Shown here: positions 51,206 to 63,862 of the stretch, in pieces
Layout: every line of letters begins with the position of its first letter
Numbering within the stretch: the first letter of the stretch is position 1
NCBI RefSeq assembly: GCF_003334815.1
Contig: NZ_QOWO01000004.1
Source: Escherichia coli
Lineage (GTDB): Bacteria; Pseudomonadota; Gammaproteobacteria; Enterobacterales; Enterobacteriaceae
Reading direction: 5' to 3' (one strand)
Length of the DNA stretch: 64,000 nt
Notes under the pieces: generated by a model
What the model saw: only the letters and a program-made list of their open reading frames with translations
The model's database searches: none
What the model was told of the DNA's origin: nothing
Made by a program: the position numbers and the translations under genes

Positions 51206-52642
51206 TTACACTCGTCCGTAGCGATCCGCGAAGCGCACCACATCATCCTCTTCGAGATAAGAGCCGGAGCGCACTTCAATTAAATCGAGCGGAATTTTCC
51301 CCGGGTTTTCCAGGCAGTGCGTCGCCCCCAGCGGAATATAAATGGACTCGTTTTCACCAAGCAGTTTGATATCACCGTCAATGGTGACTTTTGCCGTTCC
51401 CGCAACCACCACCCAGTGTTCCGCGCGGTGATGGTGCATCTGTACCGACAAGCCCTCGCCCGGTTTCACGGTGATGCGTTTCACCTGGTAGCGGTCGCCC
51501 GCGTCGATAGAGTCATATTTGCCCCACGGACGATACACTTCGCGATGCACCCGATGCTCATGGCGACCATCGGCTTTGATCTGCTCGACCACTTTTTTCA
51601 CATCCTGCACCGCGTTACGGTCGGCAATCAGCACCGCATCTTTGGTCTGCACCACTACCAGATCTTTCACCCCGACGGTGGTGACCAGGCCAGATTCGGC
51701 GTACACATAGCTGTTTTCAGTTTTGTGATTAATCACATCTCCGTGGCAAACGTTGCCCTCGGCGGTGTGGGCGCTAATTTCCCATAATGAGGACCAGGAG
51801 CCGACATCGCTCCAGCCCGCATCCATCGGTACCACAACGGCATCTGCCGTACGTTCCATGACCGCGTAATCCACCGACTCTTCCGGGCAGGCGAGAAACG
51901 CTTCTTCATCCACACGAATAAAATCAAGATCCGGATCGACGGAGCTCATCGCTTTTTCACAGGCATCGAGAATATCCGGGCGATATTTTTTCAGTTCTTC
52001 GAGATAGCGTCCGGCGCGGAACAGGAACATGCCGCTGTTCCAGTAATATTCGCCGCTTGCCACATAGGCCTGAGCGGTTTCAAGATTCGGTTTTTCGACA
52101 AACTGCGCCACTTCAAAGGCCACCGTATCCTGCTCACCCGCAGACACTTCACCGCGACGAATATAGCCATAACCGGTTTCTGGTAGATCCGGCACAATGC
52201 CAAAGGTCACCAGCTTGCCCGCTTCGGCATATGGCATGGCATTACGCACGGCGGCACGGAACGCGTCTTCATCGGCAATCACATGATCCGCCGCCAATAC
52301 CAGCATTAACGGGTCGCTCTCCGGGCTATGACGTTTTGCCGCCAGCGCCGCCAACGCAATGGCAGGTGCAGTGTTACGCCCTGCAGGTTCGAGAATAATG
52401 TTCTCGGTGAGTTTGTTCAGTTGACGCAGCTGTTCCGCGACAATAAAGCGGTGCTGCTCATTGCAAATCACCACCGGGCTTTCGCACTCCACGCCGTTTA
52501 GGCGGCAGATGGTGGTTTGCAGCATGGTGAGATCGCCTTTCAGGCATAAAAACTGCTTGGGATAAAGTACGCGGGAAAGCGGCCATAAGCGGCTACCGGA
52601 GCCACCTGCCATCACAACTGGATAGAGTTTCGACTGCGCCAT
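51206..52642 (-). CDS. cpsB: mannose-1-phosphate guanylyltransferase
   Basis: 478 aa; nucleotidyltransferase N-terminus and cupin C-terminus. Confidence 0.9.
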   Translation of the reverse strand: MAQSKLYPVVMAGGSGSRLWPLSRVLYPKQFLCLKGDLTMLQTTICRLNGVECESPVVICNEQHRFIVAEQLRQLNKLTENIILEPAGRNTAPAIALAALAAKRHSPESDPLMLVLAADHVIADEDAFRAAVRNAMPYAEAGKLVTFGIVPDLPETGYGYIRRGEVSAGEQDTVAFEVAQFVEKPNLETAQAYVASGEYYWNSGMFLFRAGRYLEELKKYRPDILDACEKAMSSVDPDLDFIRVDEEAFLACPEESVDYAVMERTADAVVVPMDAGWSDVGSWSSLWEISAHTAEGNVCHGDVINHKTENSYVYAESGLVTTVGVKDLVVVQTKDAVLIADRNAVQDVKKVVEQIKADGRHEHRVHREVYRPWGKYDSIDAGDRYQVKRITVKPGEGLSVQMHHHRAEHWVVVAGTAKVTIDGDIKLLGENESIYIPLGATHCLENPGKIPLDLIEVRSGSYLEEDDVVRFADRYGRV

Positions 52643-52644
52643 AA

Positions 52645-53868
52645 TTATCCCCGAATATCATTTATAAATTGACGTAACACGTTCTCTTTATCGAGCGTGC
52701 GTTCGGCATATTCACGTGCCACCGTGTTGTGTTTGGGCAGCAGGAGCGCCTGACGGATCCCCGCCACCAGCGCCTCGACCGATTCCGGTTCTACGCAAAC
52801 CGCAATGCCCGGAAAGGTTTCGCAAAGCTGCCCCAGTTCTGTGTGGGCTTCTGCGGTAATCACCGCGTTACCGCCTACCGCCAGAATATTGGTCAGTTTC
52901 GACGGCAATACGGCATCTGCCGCGCCGCGTTTTTGCACCACCAGATGGCAATCGCCCATCTTCAGCAGTGCGGGTAAAGCGTCATACGATTGCAGCGGGA
53001 AAAATTGCATGTTGCGCAGTCCACGCTGCTGCGCCATTTTTTCCAGCCGCGCTTTGCCGCCGCCTTGCCCGACAATGGCAAAAATCAGCGGTTCATCGCG
53101 CAGGCGATCGGCAGCTTCAATAACGTTTTCCAGCCCCTGCTTTTCACCAATATTGCCGGAGTAAAGAATGATTTTTTTGTTATCCGGCAGGCCAAGCTGG
53201 TTACGAAGGGCATCAACATCGGCATCTGCAACATGCTGAAAACGGGCAATTTCCGACCAGTTGGGGAAGAAAATGACGTTTTCCGCCGCCACGCCTTTTT
53301 CGATGGCTTTATTCATCATCGAACGCGAAATCGTGGAGACGTTATCGACGTTATGCAATCCGCTACGTTCGAACGCCGTTGCCAGCTGTGCCACTTTGCC
53401 GCCTTTGCCTTTTCCGGCAAGGCCCAGCCCCAGCATGGCGTCCACTTCGTAATCCTGAATATGCAGCACGGTACGCGCACCAGAGAGTTTCGCCAGCAGG
53501 CGCATTCCCGGCGTGCAAAACAGCGTTGGCACCACGCCGATAATGCGATCCGGCTTCCAGCGACGTTGCGCCATCAGAGGAAAGAAACTGCTGACGGCAA
53601 AACTGCTGAGATGTAACAGGCGTTTCAGGGTGCTCGGCTGTTTTGGCACGTACAGCGGGCAGCGCCACACCGTGGCGGCCCCCTCTTCTCGTTTGTAGCG
53701 CCAGGCGGAATAGTTCTCGCCCACCTGCCACTGCGGGTAGTAAGGCGGTGCGGTAATAACCCGCACCTCATGACCTTGTGCCGCCAGCCATTCCACCATC
53801 TCGCCGGTGTATTTGCCGATACCGGTTAACTCCGGCGAGTAGTTAATGCCGTAGACCAGTATTTTCAT
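52645..53868 (-). CDS. wcaI: colanic acid glycosyltransferase WcaI (GT4)
   Basis: 407 aa. Confidence 0.9.
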   Translation of the reverse strand: MKILVYGINYSPELTGIGKYTGEMVEWLAAQGHEVRVITAPPYYPQWQVGENYSAWRYKREEGAATVWRCPLYVPKQPSTLKRLLHLSSFAVSSFFPLMAQRRWKPDRIIGVVPTLFCTPGMRLLAKLSGARTVLHIQDYEVDAMLGLGLAGKGKGGKVAQLATAFERSGLHNVDNVSTISRSMMNKAIEKGVAAENVIFFPNWSEIARFQHVADADVDALRNQLGLPDNKKIILYSGNIGEKQGLENVIEAADRLRDEPLIFAIVGQGGGKARLEKMAQQRGLRNMQFFPLQSYDALPALLKMGDCHLVVQKRGAADAVLPSKLTNILAVGGNAVITAEAHTELGQLCETFPGIAVCVEPESVEALVAGIRQALLLPKHNTVAREYAERTLDKENVLRQFINDIRG

Positions 53869-54344
53869 AATCCGGGTACTCCGGCACGCTTCTCAGCGAG
53901 AAAATAGGCGCGGCTGTTAGCGTGAACATCGTTACTGGCGAGCAGCGCGTCCGGCGTCAGCCAGCGGTAATCGTCATGCTGCTCATCCGGCAGTATCAGA
54001 TCTTCTTCAGCGACTCTGAAGCGAAAACCGAGCACCACATAGTGAGTGGTGAAATCCGTGCCGGAGAAGTTATCGTCATAAAAGTGCTGCCAGACACCGT
54101 AAAACTGGCCTGCTGTTATCGGCAGACGCAGCCCCAGTTCCGCCATCGTCAGCCGCTCGAATGCGGCTTCCAGCGTTTCGTCTTTCTGCACGCGCCCTCC
54201 CGGCACAAACCAGTAACCCTGCGCCGGGCGGTTGGTTCTTTTGCCAAGCAGAAACTCGCCGCGACTGTTCTCGACAATAAAGTCGAGAGAGACAAGCGGG
54301 GTGGAGCGCACTACCGTGGCAAAGTCTTCCTGACGTAAAAACAT
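53865..54344 (-). CDS. gmm: GDP-mannose mannosyl hydrolase (Nudix)
   Basis: 159 aa from MFLRQEDF; Nudix box present; tandem ATG ATG at the start. Confidence 0.9.
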   Translation of the reverse strand: MFLRQEDFATVVRSTPLVSLDFIVENSRGEFLLGKRTNRPAQGYWFVPGGRVQKDETLEAAFERLTMAELGLRLPITAGQFYGVWQHFYDDNFSGTDFTTHYVVLGFRFRVAEEDLILPDEQHDDYRWLTPDALLASNDVHANSRAYFLAEKRAGVPGL

Positions 54345-54346
54345 CA

Positions 54347-55312
54347 TTACCCCCGAAAGCGGTCTTGATTCTCAAGGAACCACTGGTAAGTGCTGGCAAG
54401 GCCCGCTTCCAGTGAGATTTCGTGATACCAGCCAAGCTGATGCAGGCGCGTCACATCCAGCAGTTTGCGCGGCGTACCATCCGGTTTGCTGGCATCAAAA
54501 ACCACCCGACCTTTGTAACCCACCACTTTGGCGATGGTTTGCGCCAGCTCGCGGATAGTGCAGTCAACGCCCGTGCCGACGTTAATGTGCGACAGCATCG
54601 GCTGGGTGTTCTCCAGCCAGACTTCGTGCGCCAGCTCCATGACATGAATGCTCGCCGCCGCCATATCATCGACGTGCAGGAATTCACGCATCGGTGTACC
54701 GCTGCCCCATACCACCACGTCCGGTGCATTCTGTGCCGTCGCCTCGTGGAAGCGACGCAGCAATGCAGGGATCACATGCGAATTACTCGGGTGGAAGTTG
54801 TCATGCGGGCCATACAGGTTGGTCGGCATGACTGAGCGGTAATCGCGTCCGTACTGGCGGTTGTATGATTCGCACAGTTTGATCCCGGCGATTTTGGCAA
54901 TGGCGTAAGGCTCGTTGGTCGGCTCCAGCGTGCCCTGCAATAACTCGCTTTCTGCCATCGGCTGTTTTGCCAGTTTCGGGTAGATACAGGACGATCCAAG
55001 AAACAGCAGTTTGTTCACGTCGTTCTGATGCGCGGCGTGAATGATGTTGCTCTCAATCATCATGTTCTGGTAGATGAAATCCGCCGGATAGGTGTTGTTG
55101 GCAACAATGCCGCCCACTTTCGCCGCCGCCAGATAGACCTGGTCAATGCGTTCGCTGGCAAAGAAATCATGCACCGCGCGGCTGTCCAGCAGGTTCAGCT
55201 CGTCGCGGGTGCGTAATACCAGTTCCACATCACCGCGCTGTTCGAGCTGCCGCCTGATGGCAGAACCGACCATCCCACGATGGCCAGCGATAAAAATGCG
55301 TTGTTTACTCAT
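54347..55312 (-). CDS. fcl: GDP-L-fucose synthase
   Basis: 321 aa; [19 protein letters not shown]. Confidence 0.95.
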   Translation of the reverse strand: MSKQRIFIAGHRGMVGSAIRRQLEQRGDVELVLRTRDELNLLDSRAVHDFFASERIDQVYLAAAKVGGIVANNTYPADFIYQNMMIESNIIHAAHQNDVNKLLFLGSSCIYPKLAKQPMAESELLQGTLEPTNEPYAIAKIAGIKLCESYNRQYGRDYRSVMPTNLYGPHDNFHPSNSHVIPALLRRFHEATAQNAPDVVVWGSGTPMREFLHVDDMAAASIHVMELAHEVWLENTQPMLSHINVGTGVDCTIRELAQTIAKVVGYKGRVVFDASKPDGTPRKLLDVTRLHQLGWYHEISLEAGLASTYQWFLENQDRFRG

Positions 55313-55314
55313 GC

Positions 55315-56436
55315 TTATGACTCCAGCGCGATCGCCACGTCGTAGCCGTGAGATTTCAGCAGAGAGTGTTTTTTCGCCGCTTCGAGGTCATTAGCCACCA
55401 TTTCAGACACCATCTCTCTGAGGGTGATTTCCGGTTTCCAGCCCAGTTTTTCGTGCGCTTTGGTCGGGTCGCCGAGCAGCGTTTCAACTTCTGCCGGACG
55501 GAAGTAACGCGGGTCAACGGCGATAATCACATCGCCCGGTTTAACGCCCGGCGCGTCATGCCCGGTGACGGAAACCACAATGCCCTTCTCTTCAACGCCC
55601 GTGCCTTCAAAGCGCAGTTTGATGCCCAGCTGTGCTGCCGCCATTTCCACGAACTGACGCACGGAGTACTGAACGCCGGTCGCGATAACGAAATCTTCCG
55701 GCTGTTCCTGTTGCAGCATCATCCACTGCATTTTTACGTAGTCTTTGGCATGGCCCCAGTCACGCAGGGAATCCATATTGCCGAGGTACAGGCACGACTC
55801 CAGCCCCTGGGCGATATTGGCGATTGCGCGGGTGATTTTGCGGGTAACGAAGGTTTCGCCGCGGCGCGGGGATTCATGGTTGAAGAGAATACCGTTACAG
55901 GCGTACATGCCGTAGGATTCGCGGTAGTTAACGGTGATCCAGTAGGCGTACAGTTTGGCGACAGCATACGGAGAGCGTGGGTAGAACGGCGTGGTTTCTT
56001 TCTGCGGAATTTCCTGCACCAGACCATACAGTTCAGAGGTGGAAGCCTGATAGAAACGGGTTTTCTTTTCCAGACCGAGGAAGCGGATCGCCTCGAGCAG
56101 GCGCAGCGTACCCATCGCATCGACGTCTGCGGTATATTCCGGTGACTCAAAAGAAACCGCAACGTGGCTCATTGCGCCCAGGTTGTAAACTTCATCCGGC
56201 TGCACTTCACGCAAAATGCGTGTCAGGTTGGAGGTATCACTCAGGTCGCCATAATGCAGATGGAATTTCGGGGTGCAGGTGTGCGGATCCTGATAAATGT
56301 GATCCACGCGCTCGGTGTTGAATGACGATGCACGACGCTTAATACCATGCACCTCGTAACCTTTTTCCAGCAGAAACTCTGCCAGGTAAGAACCGTCTTG
56401 TCCGGTTACACCGGTGATGAGAGCGACTTTTGACAT
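55315..56436 (-). CDS. gmd: GDP-mannose 4,6-dehydratase
   Basis: 373 aa; [23 protein letters not shown]. Confidence 0.95.
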   Translation of the reverse strand: MSKVALITGVTGQDGSYLAEFLLEKGYEVHGIKRRASSFNTERVDHIYQDPHTCTPKFHLHYGDLSDTSNLTRILREVQPDEVYNLGAMSHVAVSFESPEYTADVDAMGTLRLLEAIRFLGLEKKTRFYQASTSELYGLVQEIPQKETTPFYPRSPYAVAKLYAYWITVNYRESYGMYACNGILFNHESPRRGETFVTRKITRAIANIAQGLESCLYLGNMDSLRDWGHAKDYVKMQWMMLQQEQPEDFVIATGVQYSVRQFVEMAAAQLGIKLRFEGTGVEEKGIVVSVTGHDAPGVKPGDVIIAVDPRYFRPAEVETLLGDPTKAHEKLGWKPEITLREMVSEMVANDLEAAKKHSLLKSHGYDVAIALES

Positions 56437-56462
56437 GTCTTATTCCTCTGTATTTTTTGAAT

Positions 56463-57011
56463 TTATTCAGTTTCAACGCGTTCGCGTATCACCACTGCGG
56501 GATTCCCCCGGCAAACCACATTTGCCGGAAGCGTTTTAAAAACACTGCTTCGTGCACCCACGACAGTGCCGTCGCCAATCGTGACGCCAGGGGCAACAAA
56601 AACATCGGTTGCCAGCCAGCATTTCTCGCCAATCACAATAGGCGTAGCATTAATGGTGAAATGTTGACTTGCATGGTCGTGGCTACCGGTGCATAAATAA
56701 CTTTTTTGCGATATCACCGAATGTGCGCCAATGGTTATTTCACCGAGGGTATATAAATTGACGTCATCGCCGACCCACGCGTAATCACCTAAGGTTAATT
56801 TCCACGGATAGGTAATTTTTACTGACGGACGAATAACTACGTTTTTTCCTATTTTTGCGCCGAATAAACGTAATAAAAATGCCCGCCAGCGATACAATAC
56901 TTGTGGCGACCAGGCAAATATTGTTGCCTGTACTGCCCACCATAATTGCACTTTAATAGCGTTGCCGCCCCGGAACCCTTTCGGCACCGAGAAACCGCTT
57001 AAATCTTGCAT
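56463..57011 (-). CDS. wcaF: colanic acid acetyltransferase WcaF (hexapeptide-repeat)
   Basis: 182 aa; left-handed beta-helix acyltransferase repeats. Confidence 0.9.
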   Translation of the reverse strand: MQDLSGFSVPKGFRGGNAIKVQLWWAVQATIFAWSPQVLYRWRAFLLRLFGAKIGKNVVIRPSVKITYPWKLTLGDYAWVGDDVNLYTLGEITIGAHSVISQKSYLCTGSHDHASQHFTINATPIVIGEKCWLATDVFVAPGVTIGDGTVVGARSSVFKTLPANVVCRGNPAVVIRERVETE

Positions 57012-57026
57012 CGTTTTCCCTTATAT

Positions 57027-57773
57027 TCAGCTTTTGTTATATAAGGCTTTCGTCTTTGAGGTAGTACGTTGGCGTAAATGCCAGGATAATTCTGCCCAGA
57101 AGCCAGGCACATGTAATATTTGCCGTTGGACTTTTTTGGCGTCAGCACACAATTCCATATTATTGGTGGTTGATACCCCACCCATGGAAAATTCAGACAC
57201 CAGGCCATTGAGTTTTTTAAATGCATAACCGGCTTTATACATTTTAGCCGCCAGCGCGTAATCGGAAGATACTTTATATTCCAGGTCATAACGCCATTTT
57301 TTCAAGCCGGATACCGGGAAAAATATCGCCTGATGGCTGGCGGGCAGGCTGTGATAAATATACCAGCCCGGTTTGGCGCTACGTTTAATTTTATGCCCGT
57401 CGCCAAAATCCAGCAGCGCATCGCCGGTGATCATCATGTTATCTTTTTGCATTTTTAACTTACGGACAAAATTTGCGGCATCCTGATGAAAAATATCGCC
57501 CGAATTGAGAAACAACGCGAACTTGCCTTGTGCCATCGTAATGCCTTTGTTCATGGCGTCGTAGATACCGTTATCTGGCTCGCTGACAAAGCGTAGGTTA
57601 TAGATACCATTGAGATTTTCCAGATACTCACGGGTGCCGTCATTGGAACCGCCATCGACAACAATCCATTCGAAGCTGATATCGTCCGCCTGCGCCAGAT
57701 GCGCCAGCGAGGCATGTGTTTTGACTATCCCTTCGAGGTTACGAAACGCGACAGTGATTATGCTAAGCAACAT
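57027..57773 (-). CDS. wcaE: colanic acid glycosyltransferase WcaE (GT2)
   Basis: 248 aa. Confidence 0.9.
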   Translation of the reverse strand: MLLSIITVAFRNLEGIVKTHASLAHLAQADDISFEWIVVDGGSNDGTREYLENLNGIYNLRFVSEPDNGIYDAMNKGITMAQGKFALFLNSGDIFHQDAANFVRKLKMQKDNMMITGDALLDFGDGHKIKRSAKPGWYIYHSLPASHQAIFFPVSGLKKWRYDLEYKVSSDYALAAKMYKAGYAFKKLNGLVSEFSMGGVSTTNNMELCADAKKVQRQILHVPGFWAELSWHLRQRTTSKTKALYNKS

Positions 57774-57783
57774 GTTCTTATTC

Positions 57784-59001
57784 TTACCTCGTAATATTTA
57801 ACGCTTTTCGCAAAATAAACGGACAGACGATTAAAAATGCATATTCCGGGCTAAATATCGAACCGGTAAAAAACAGCGATACCGGAGTAAAAAGATATAA
57901 TTGCACGCGAAAATTGCGGTTATCACCAAAAGCGTTGATCATCATTTTTATCACTTTCCCCATGTACCACAGCGATAAAAACACTGCGAACCAGGAAAAA
58001 TAAATAATCAGCAGATACAAACCATTGTCTATGGTTTTTCCGACATCCGCACCGTTAAATATTCCGAATGATGCGACGTATTCATAAAGTGAGCCAAATC
58101 TGACTACACCGTCAATATGGGTCAAAGAATAACCGACCATCACCAGCGGACCGACAATACGATAATACGATGACGATCCTTCCGTACCTAAATCGCCCAG
58201 ACGGGTGGAAATATAAGGAAACGCGATTACCACACCAACCAGGAATACAGCCAGAGAAATCAATGCCAACGGTAACTTTTTCTTAATCGCCTCTTTATTC
58301 AGATATTGAAATGCCCACTCCAGCAAATAAAACAGGATAAAGGTCATAACCCCTGAAAACGATCCGGATAATATTATCCCTGCGAGAATCATAGCATCGG
58401 TTTTAGGCGTTTTGATACCAAACTGTTTGATGCTGAGCCAAATTGAGATTAATGCCAGAGCGAAAAATGCCGGTTCGAAATAAAGTGCTGTCGTGCGCTT
58501 GCCGCCGAATTTAATGAAATTCAGTACATAGCTGTTGCTGTAAATCAGATATTTCGAAATCGACTCCATAATACTGCTGCCACCGGTGAGGATAATTTGC
58601 GCCATCTCCACCGCCGCCAGCGCCACCACCAGCCCGACCACCAGATAAAAGAAACGTAATATCTTGCGATGGTTGTGTGGCGAAATCGTTTTAAAGCGAA
58701 TACTCCACACCATGCCAATAATGATCACAATATAGACAAACAGCATGGTTGATGTGACGTATTTACTGGCATCCAACGACTGACCAAACAGATAGTTGAA
58801 CGCCGTGAGTCCCGCACCAATCCCTAAGGCAATCATCAATTTTTTAACGCTGATGCGTTCTAAAAACAGCAGTAACAAGACAGGTAAAAAAGTGACGATA
58901 GTGATGGGGAAACTTTCACCAAGCTGGGCGATTTTGACGTTAACCAGCAGGTAGATCAGCGGCAGCAGCAGGTAGCTACAGATTCTGATAGAAGTTGACA
59001 T
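57784..59001 (-). CDS. wcaD: colanic acid polymerase WcaD
   Basis: Start assigned at [15 protein letters not shown] (405 aa); polytopic membrane protein; the tool ORF extends 24 codons upstream into wcaC. Confidence 0.85.
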   Translation of the reverse strand: MSTSIRICSYLLLPLIYLLVNVKIAQLGESFPITIVTFLPVLLLLFLERISVKKLMIALGIGAGLTAFNYLFGQSLDASKYVTSTMLFVYIVIIIGMVWSIRFKTISPHNHRKILRFFYLVVGLVVALAAVEMAQIILTGGSSIMESISKYLIYSNSYVLNFIKFGGKRTTALYFEPAFFALALISIWLSIKQFGIKTPKTDAMILAGIILSGSFSGVMTFILFYLLEWAFQYLNKEAIKKKLPLALISLAVFLVGVVIAFPYISTRLGDLGTEGSSSYYRIVGPLVMVGYSLTHIDGVVRFGSLYEYVASFGIFNGADVGKTIDNGLYLLIIYFSWFAVFLSLWYMGKVIKMMINAFGDNRNFRVQLYLFTPVSLFFTGSIFSPEYAFLIVCPFILRKALNITR

Positions 59002-60193
59002 ACTCCTCCAGCATCTGTTGTCCACTGTAGGCGGCGCGGCTGCGTTGGCTGAACTCAGCCAGCGTGGTACCAAATATCGCCTGCGCGATTTCCGGTTTGC
59101 TTAACTGGACCAGTTGCAGCACGTCTTCTTCGCTGACAGTTTTACCTCCGGATTTTTGCAGCACTTCCCGCGCCGCATCGCTATGGGTGGCGATCACCGG
59201 CACACCAATCGATAGCGCCTCACACAAAATCAGCGGGTAGTTATCGACACGAGAACTGAACACCAGCGCATCCATCTGATTGAGCGCGCTCATCAACTTG
59301 CGCTTGTCAGTTTCAAAGCCGTGATTAACCACGTTGCCAGCGGTGAACGGCGAGAACTTACCAAAGGTATGCAGTTCGATTTTGTCGCCCAGCGCCATCA
59401 TCTCACGCACCAGTTGCTGGTTAGTTTTGCCGTCGTAACGCAGGTCATGCGCCACCACCGCGATTTTCGGCTTGCCCTGGGTTTCGCGCACCGGAGGCAG
59501 ATCCGCCAGAATCGCTTCGGTTGCCATATCAATGCCATTATTGATAATCCGGCAACGCCCTGGACCGTACAGGCTATTGAAAGCATCAGCCACATGCTGG
59601 CTGGGGGAAATAAACTGACAGCCCAGCGCCAGCATCTCACGAAATAACTGGCGTTTGCCCGCCACCAGCTGGTGCGCGCGATCAATCTTCACCGGCGGAT
59701 AGTTATTTAAGGTCGGGCATTTCTGGCAACCCGTTTTCCAGCCTTCGCAACCGTCGGTAAAGGCGCAGCGCCCGGTTACACTCCAGTGATCGTGCAGCGT
59801 CCAGACCACAGTGACGTCCGGTTTATGGTTTTTCACTTTTTCGCAAAAGCGCACCACGCTCTTAAGATTTAGCCAGTAGCTGTGCAGCACATGAAAATGC
59901 AGGACCACCGGACCCGGTGTGCGAGTAATGGTGCGATATAACTCATTGAAATTGCCAAACAGATCGCGATTAAACAGACGAAACAGTGCAATGTTCGCCA
60001 TCGCGGTCATCCGCGGCGTATGTTTGATTACCTGCGGATAGTTTTGATGGCTGACGCTCTCTTTGCCGCCTTTGCCGTAACCGTAGACAAAATGTGACGC
60101 CAGCCCCTGTTGCAGCGCACGCTGATGGAGATCTAACGCCACACCTGCTGCCCCGCCTTCCGCCAGTCGCACATTAAATTGCAAAATATTCAT
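58976..60193 (-). CDS. wcaC: colanic acid glycosyltransferase WcaC (GT4)
   Basis: 405 aa. Confidence 0.9.
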   Translation of the reverse strand: MNILQFNVRLAEGGAAGVALDLHQRALQQGLASHFVYGYGKGGKESVSHQNYPQVIKHTPRMTAMANIALFRLFNRDLFGNFNELYRTITRTPGPVVLHFHVLHSYWLNLKSVVRFCEKVKNHKPDVTVVWTLHDHWSVTGRCAFTDGCEGWKTGCQKCPTLNNYPPVKIDRAHQLVAGKRQLFREMLALGCQFISPSQHVADAFNSLYGPGRCRIINNGIDMATEAILADLPPVRETQGKPKIAVVAHDLRYDGKTNQQLVREMMALGDKIELHTFGKFSPFTAGNVVNHGFETDKRKLMSALNQMDALVFSSRVDNYPLILCEALSIGVPVIATHSDAAREVLQKSGGKTVSEEDVLQLVQLSKPEIAQAIFGTTLAEFSQRSRAAYSGQQMLEEYVNFYQNL

Positions 60194-60678
60194 TTAATTA
60201 CCTTCACTCGCGCTTTTTCTCCCACCACCAGCGCGTTGTCCGGGACAGAGTCGAGCACCACGCTGCCCGCACCCACGGTGACGTTGTTACCAAGCGTGAT
60301 ATCACCAAGAATAATGACGTTGGCACCGAGTTCGACGCCGTTGCCAATGTGTGGACATGCCATGTTATCGGCACCACGATTGCCGATAGTGACGCCGTGG
60401 CGAATGGTGAAATCATCCCCCGCCACCACGTTTTTATTGATCACTACGGCGTAACCGTGATGGATAGTAAAGCGGCGGCCAATGGTCGCGGCGGCCTGGA
60501 TTTCATAACCGAAAAAGCATTCGGTGATAATGCGATACAGCACCAGCAGCGGGGCCGCCCACAGATTGTTGAGGACGTTCTTTTTGCGCCACACCGAACA
60601 AAAATGAGCGACGCGATAGGCAAGTACCATGCAGCACGGGCGTAAACTCCAGCTGTTGGCGCGCAGATCTTCCAGCAT
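60190..60678 (-). CDS. wcaB: colanic acid acetyltransferase WcaB
   Basis: 162 aa serine-acetyltransferase-like hexapeptide protein. Confidence 0.9.
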   Translation of the reverse strand: MLEDLRANSWSLRPCCMVLAYRVAHFCSVWRKKNVLNNLWAAPLLVLYRIITECFFGYEIQAAATIGRRFTIHHGYAVVINKNVVAGDDFTIRHGVTIGNRGADNMACPHIGNGVELGANVIILGDITLGNNVTVGAGSVVLDSVPDNALVVGEKARVKVIK

Positions 60679-60680
60679 CT

Positions 60681-61520
60681 TTAGCGCCCCCGAATACCAT
60701 CAGCCAGACGTTTGCCGTTACGCACCGACAGCAGCGTCAACAAGGTGCGCCAGGTCATACGTTTATTGCGGATCTGGTAGAGGGTAAACAGCTGATATTT
60801 TTTACTGGCGCGGTCGAATTTGTCTTTGTGCTTGCGGTAAAAGTGGAAGTACCCGGAGAATTTTTTCGGTGACGAGGTGATCTGCATTTCACCGTGATTG
60901 ATATGCAGGATCTGCGTCGCCTCTTCCACTTTCCACGGTTCGCCATACTCCACCACCATCCGCAGGAAGATGTCGTAATCCTGTGCCGCTTTCAGTTCGG
61001 TATCGAACAAACACTCTTTGAAACGCCACGCCCAGGTAAAGACCTGATTGCCAATGATATTGCGTTTATAGAACAGGCGGCGTGAATACGGCGATTTGGG
61101 ATACAGCGGCAAACTTGCTGGTTGGGAATAGACTTCGCCCTGGCAAACGTAGTCGTTAGCGTACAAAAAGGCGTGAGTGACCAGTTGCTGTTTATGGGCG
61201 AGGAAGACGCTCAGACGGTTGGGTGTCCATTCATCATCATCATCGATCCCGGTGATGTATTCCCCTTGCGCCAGCATAATCGCCTGGTTACGTACCGCGC
61301 ACGCCCCGCTGTTAATATCGTTGTGAATGTAGGTAATACGCGGATCGTTGAGGGCGGTGACGTACTGTTGCAGTTGTTCCCAGGAGGTGGAGCAATCATC
61401 CACGATGATCATCTCCCAGTTGCTGTAGTCCTGGCGCAGGACCGATTTTATCGCCCGAATCGCCAGTTGTTGGCGGTTCCAGGTTGGCATATAGATTGAG
61501 ATCAGCGGATTATCTTTCAT
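60681..61520 (-). CDS. wcaA: colanic acid glycosyltransferase WcaA (GT2)
   Basis: 279 aa; N-terminal ISIYMPTWNR...DDCS GT-A motif. Confidence 0.9.
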   Translation of the reverse strand: MKDNPLISIYMPTWNRQQLAIRAIKSVLRQDYSNWEMIIVDDCSTSWEQLQQYVTALNDPRITYIHNDINSGACAVRNQAIMLAQGEYITGIDDDDEWTPNRLSVFLAHKQQLVTHAFLYANDYVCQGEVYSQPASLPLYPKSPYSRRLFYKRNIIGNQVFTWAWRFKECLFDTELKAAQDYDIFLRMVVEYGEPWKVEEATQILHINHGEMQITSSPKKFSGYFHFYRKHKDKFDRASKKYQLFTLYQIRNKRMTWRTLLTLLSVRNGKRLADGIRGR

Positions 61521-61583
61521 AGGTTGTTCTCCCGGAGTGTCGAGATGTTCTGCCGGTTTATAAGCTTGTTTACGGGTTCTGTT

Positions 61584-61693
61584 GCCGGATGCGGCGTGAG
61601 CGCCTTATCCGGCCTACGGAGCTGGTTTGCTTGCCGGATGCGGCGTGAAGGTAGGTCGGATAAGATGCGTCAGCATCGCATCCGACAGCGGAT
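61584..61693. repeat. REP element(s) between wzc and wcaA
   Basis: gccggatgcggcgtgagcgccttatccggcctac-type units. Confidence 0.8.
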
Positions 61694-61697
61694 GTCG

Positions 61698-63860
61698 TTA
61701 TTTCGCATCCGACTTATATTCGTATTCGTAATAGCCATAATCCTGATACGCGCTGGCGCGGCGGAAGATGGAGTTCAGAATCACCCCTTTCACCGGAATA
61801 CCGTTTTGCTCAAAGCGGCTCAGACTGGTTTCCACTTCTTTCAAGGTGTTGACCGCATAACGCGCCACCATTAACGTGGTTCCGACATGACGACCAACAA
61901 TTGCCGCATCGGTCACTGCCAGAATCGGCGGCGTATCAATCAACACCAGGTCATAGTTTTTACTCGCCCAGTTCACCAGTTCGGCAAAGCGTTCGCTCAT
62001 CAACAGTTCAGAAGGATTTGGCGGCACCTGACCGCGCGGGATCAGGTCAAATTTGGCAATAGAGGTCGGTTTAGCAGCGGTAGTAATATCGCCCTGACCA
62101 ATCAGAATTTCCGACAGGCCATTAACGTTATTAGTGCCCAGCAGCTCGTGGGTGTAGCCTTTGCGCATATCGCAGTCGATCAACAACACCCGTTTATTGG
62201 TCTGGCTGATCACCGCCGCCAGGTTGGCGCAGACAAAGGTTTTACCGATTGACGGGCTAACCCCGGTCATCATCAACACATTGTTCTGTGCCTGCATCAT
62301 CGCGAAGTGCAAACTGGTACGCAGACTGCGGATGGCTTCAATCGCCAGATCGGTTGGATTCCCCATCGCCAGTAGCTGGCTCTGTTTATAGCGTTTAATC
62401 CCTTTGATGGTTTTGACGCTATCGCGCGCTTTCTGCCATTCCGACAGCGGGATGCTGGCATAGACGCTGATACCGTGTTCTTCCAGCACCTGCGGGCTTT
62501 CGATGCCGCGATTAAACAACGAGCGCAGCAGCACACCCACGATAGAAAGCATCAGGCCAAGGATAATCGCGCCGAGGATAATCAGCCCTTTCTTCGGTTT
62601 CAGCACGCCAGGCTGGGTGATTGCCGGGTCAACAATGCGCACATCGCCGACGGTGCTGGCTTCGGTGATTTTCAGCTCCTGCTCTTTATTCAGCAGTTGC
62701 ATATAGACCTGCTGACCAGACTCGACATCGCGGGTCAGGCGCACAATCTCCTGCTGGGTTTTCGGCATCGCCGTTACGCGACCGTTAAGTTTGGCTTTCT
62801 CTTCTTCCAGCGCCTGACGTTTCTCCAGCAGCGTGCGGTACGCCGGGTGAACTTTGGTGTACAGCTTGGAGATTTCCGCCTCTTTAAAGGTCAGTTCGTT
62901 CAACTGCGCGTCGATGTTCACCATCGAATCGAGCACCGCTTTCGCTTCCAGCGGCAGATCAACAGAATCTTTATCCTGACGGAAGGCATTCAGTTTGTTT
63001 TCGGCAACATCGAGGCGGCTACGTACTTCCGGTAACTGTTGCGCGAGGAAAGCGAGGCTTTTCGACGCTTCCGCCGATTTGCGCTCAATATTTTGTTCCT
63101 GATAGTTACGGGCGATGCTGTTAAGAATGTCGCGGATCTGTTCGCGATCTTCACCGGTATAAGTCAGGCTCAGTACGCCTGCGTCTTTGCCGTTCTCCGT
63201 TACCGTCAGGCTGTTTTGCAGTTGGTTGATCATCCCCAACGTGGAGTATTTGGTGACGGTAAACTCACTGCCCGGGCGGGCGTGAATGGCTTCAACCATC
63301 AGCGTGACGCCTTCTTTTTTCAGCATCTGGCCCGCTTGCCCACGGGCGCTAAAGCCGCCATCACTGCTCAGGGTGTAGTTTTTATTGTCCAGCACATTAA
63401 GCGTAAACACCTGGTCCGCCATCTCTTTCGGGCGGTTAAAGGTGGTCACTTTCACCGTCTCGTTCTGACGTCCCATCAAACGATCCCAGCCCGCACCGAA
63501 AATCGGGAACGTGTTTTTGCTCACCGCAATATCGAGGTCGAGATCGTCCACCGTTTTACCAAGCACCAGGCGCGAACGAATCAACTGGATCTCGGCGTCC
63601 GATGCAGGCGGTTTGTTGGCTAATGCCGAACCAATGTCCTGCACTAACGAATTGCCGCTGTTTTGCTCGATTTGTACCAGTGCGTCGGCACTATAAATCG
63701 GCGTGGCGAAGAAGGTGTAAACCACGGCACAGAGGGCAAATACAGCGGTGATGCCAATCACCCACCAGCGCGCTTCAATGACGGTGCCGACCAGGCGACC
63801 AATATCGATTTCATCACTGCCCGTTACCGGAGCGGCATGTTGTTTTACTTTTTCTGTCAT
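61698..63860 (-). CDS. wzc: tyrosine autokinase / polysaccharide co-polymerase Wzc
   Basis: Start at MTEKVKQHAAP (720 aa); Walker A region and C-terminal tyrosine-rich tail YQDYGYYEYEYKSDAK. Confidence 0.95.
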   Translation of the reverse strand: MTEKVKQHAAPVTGSDEIDIGRLVGTVIEARWWVIGITAVFALCAVVYTFFATPIYSADALVQIEQNSGNSLVQDIGSALANKPPASDAEIQLIRSRLVLGKTVDDLDLDIAVSKNTFPIFGAGWDRLMGRQNETVKVTTFNRPKEMADQVFTLNVLDNKNYTLSSDGGFSARGQAGQMLKKEGVTLMVEAIHARPGSEFTVTKYSTLGMINQLQNSLTVTENGKDAGVLSLTYTGEDREQIRDILNSIARNYQEQNIERKSAEASKSLAFLAQQLPEVRSRLDVAENKLNAFRQDKDSVDLPLEAKAVLDSMVNIDAQLNELTFKEAEISKLYTKVHPAYRTLLEKRQALEEEKAKLNGRVTAMPKTQQEIVRLTRDVESGQQVYMQLLNKEQELKITEASTVGDVRIVDPAITQPGVLKPKKGLIILGAIILGLMLSIVGVLLRSLFNRGIESPQVLEEHGISVYASIPLSEWQKARDSVKTIKGIKRYKQSQLLAMGNPTDLAIEAIRSLRTSLHFAMMQAQNNVLMMTGVSPSIGKTFVCANLAAVISQTNKRVLLIDCDMRKGYTHELLGTNNVNGLSEILIGQGDITTAAKPTSIAKFDLIPRGQVPPNPSELLMSERFAELVNWASKNYDLVLIDTPPILAVTDAAIVGRHVGTTLMVARYAVNTLKEVETSLSRFEQNGIPVKGVILNSIFRRASAYQDYGYYEYEYKSDAK

Positions 63861-63862
63861 TC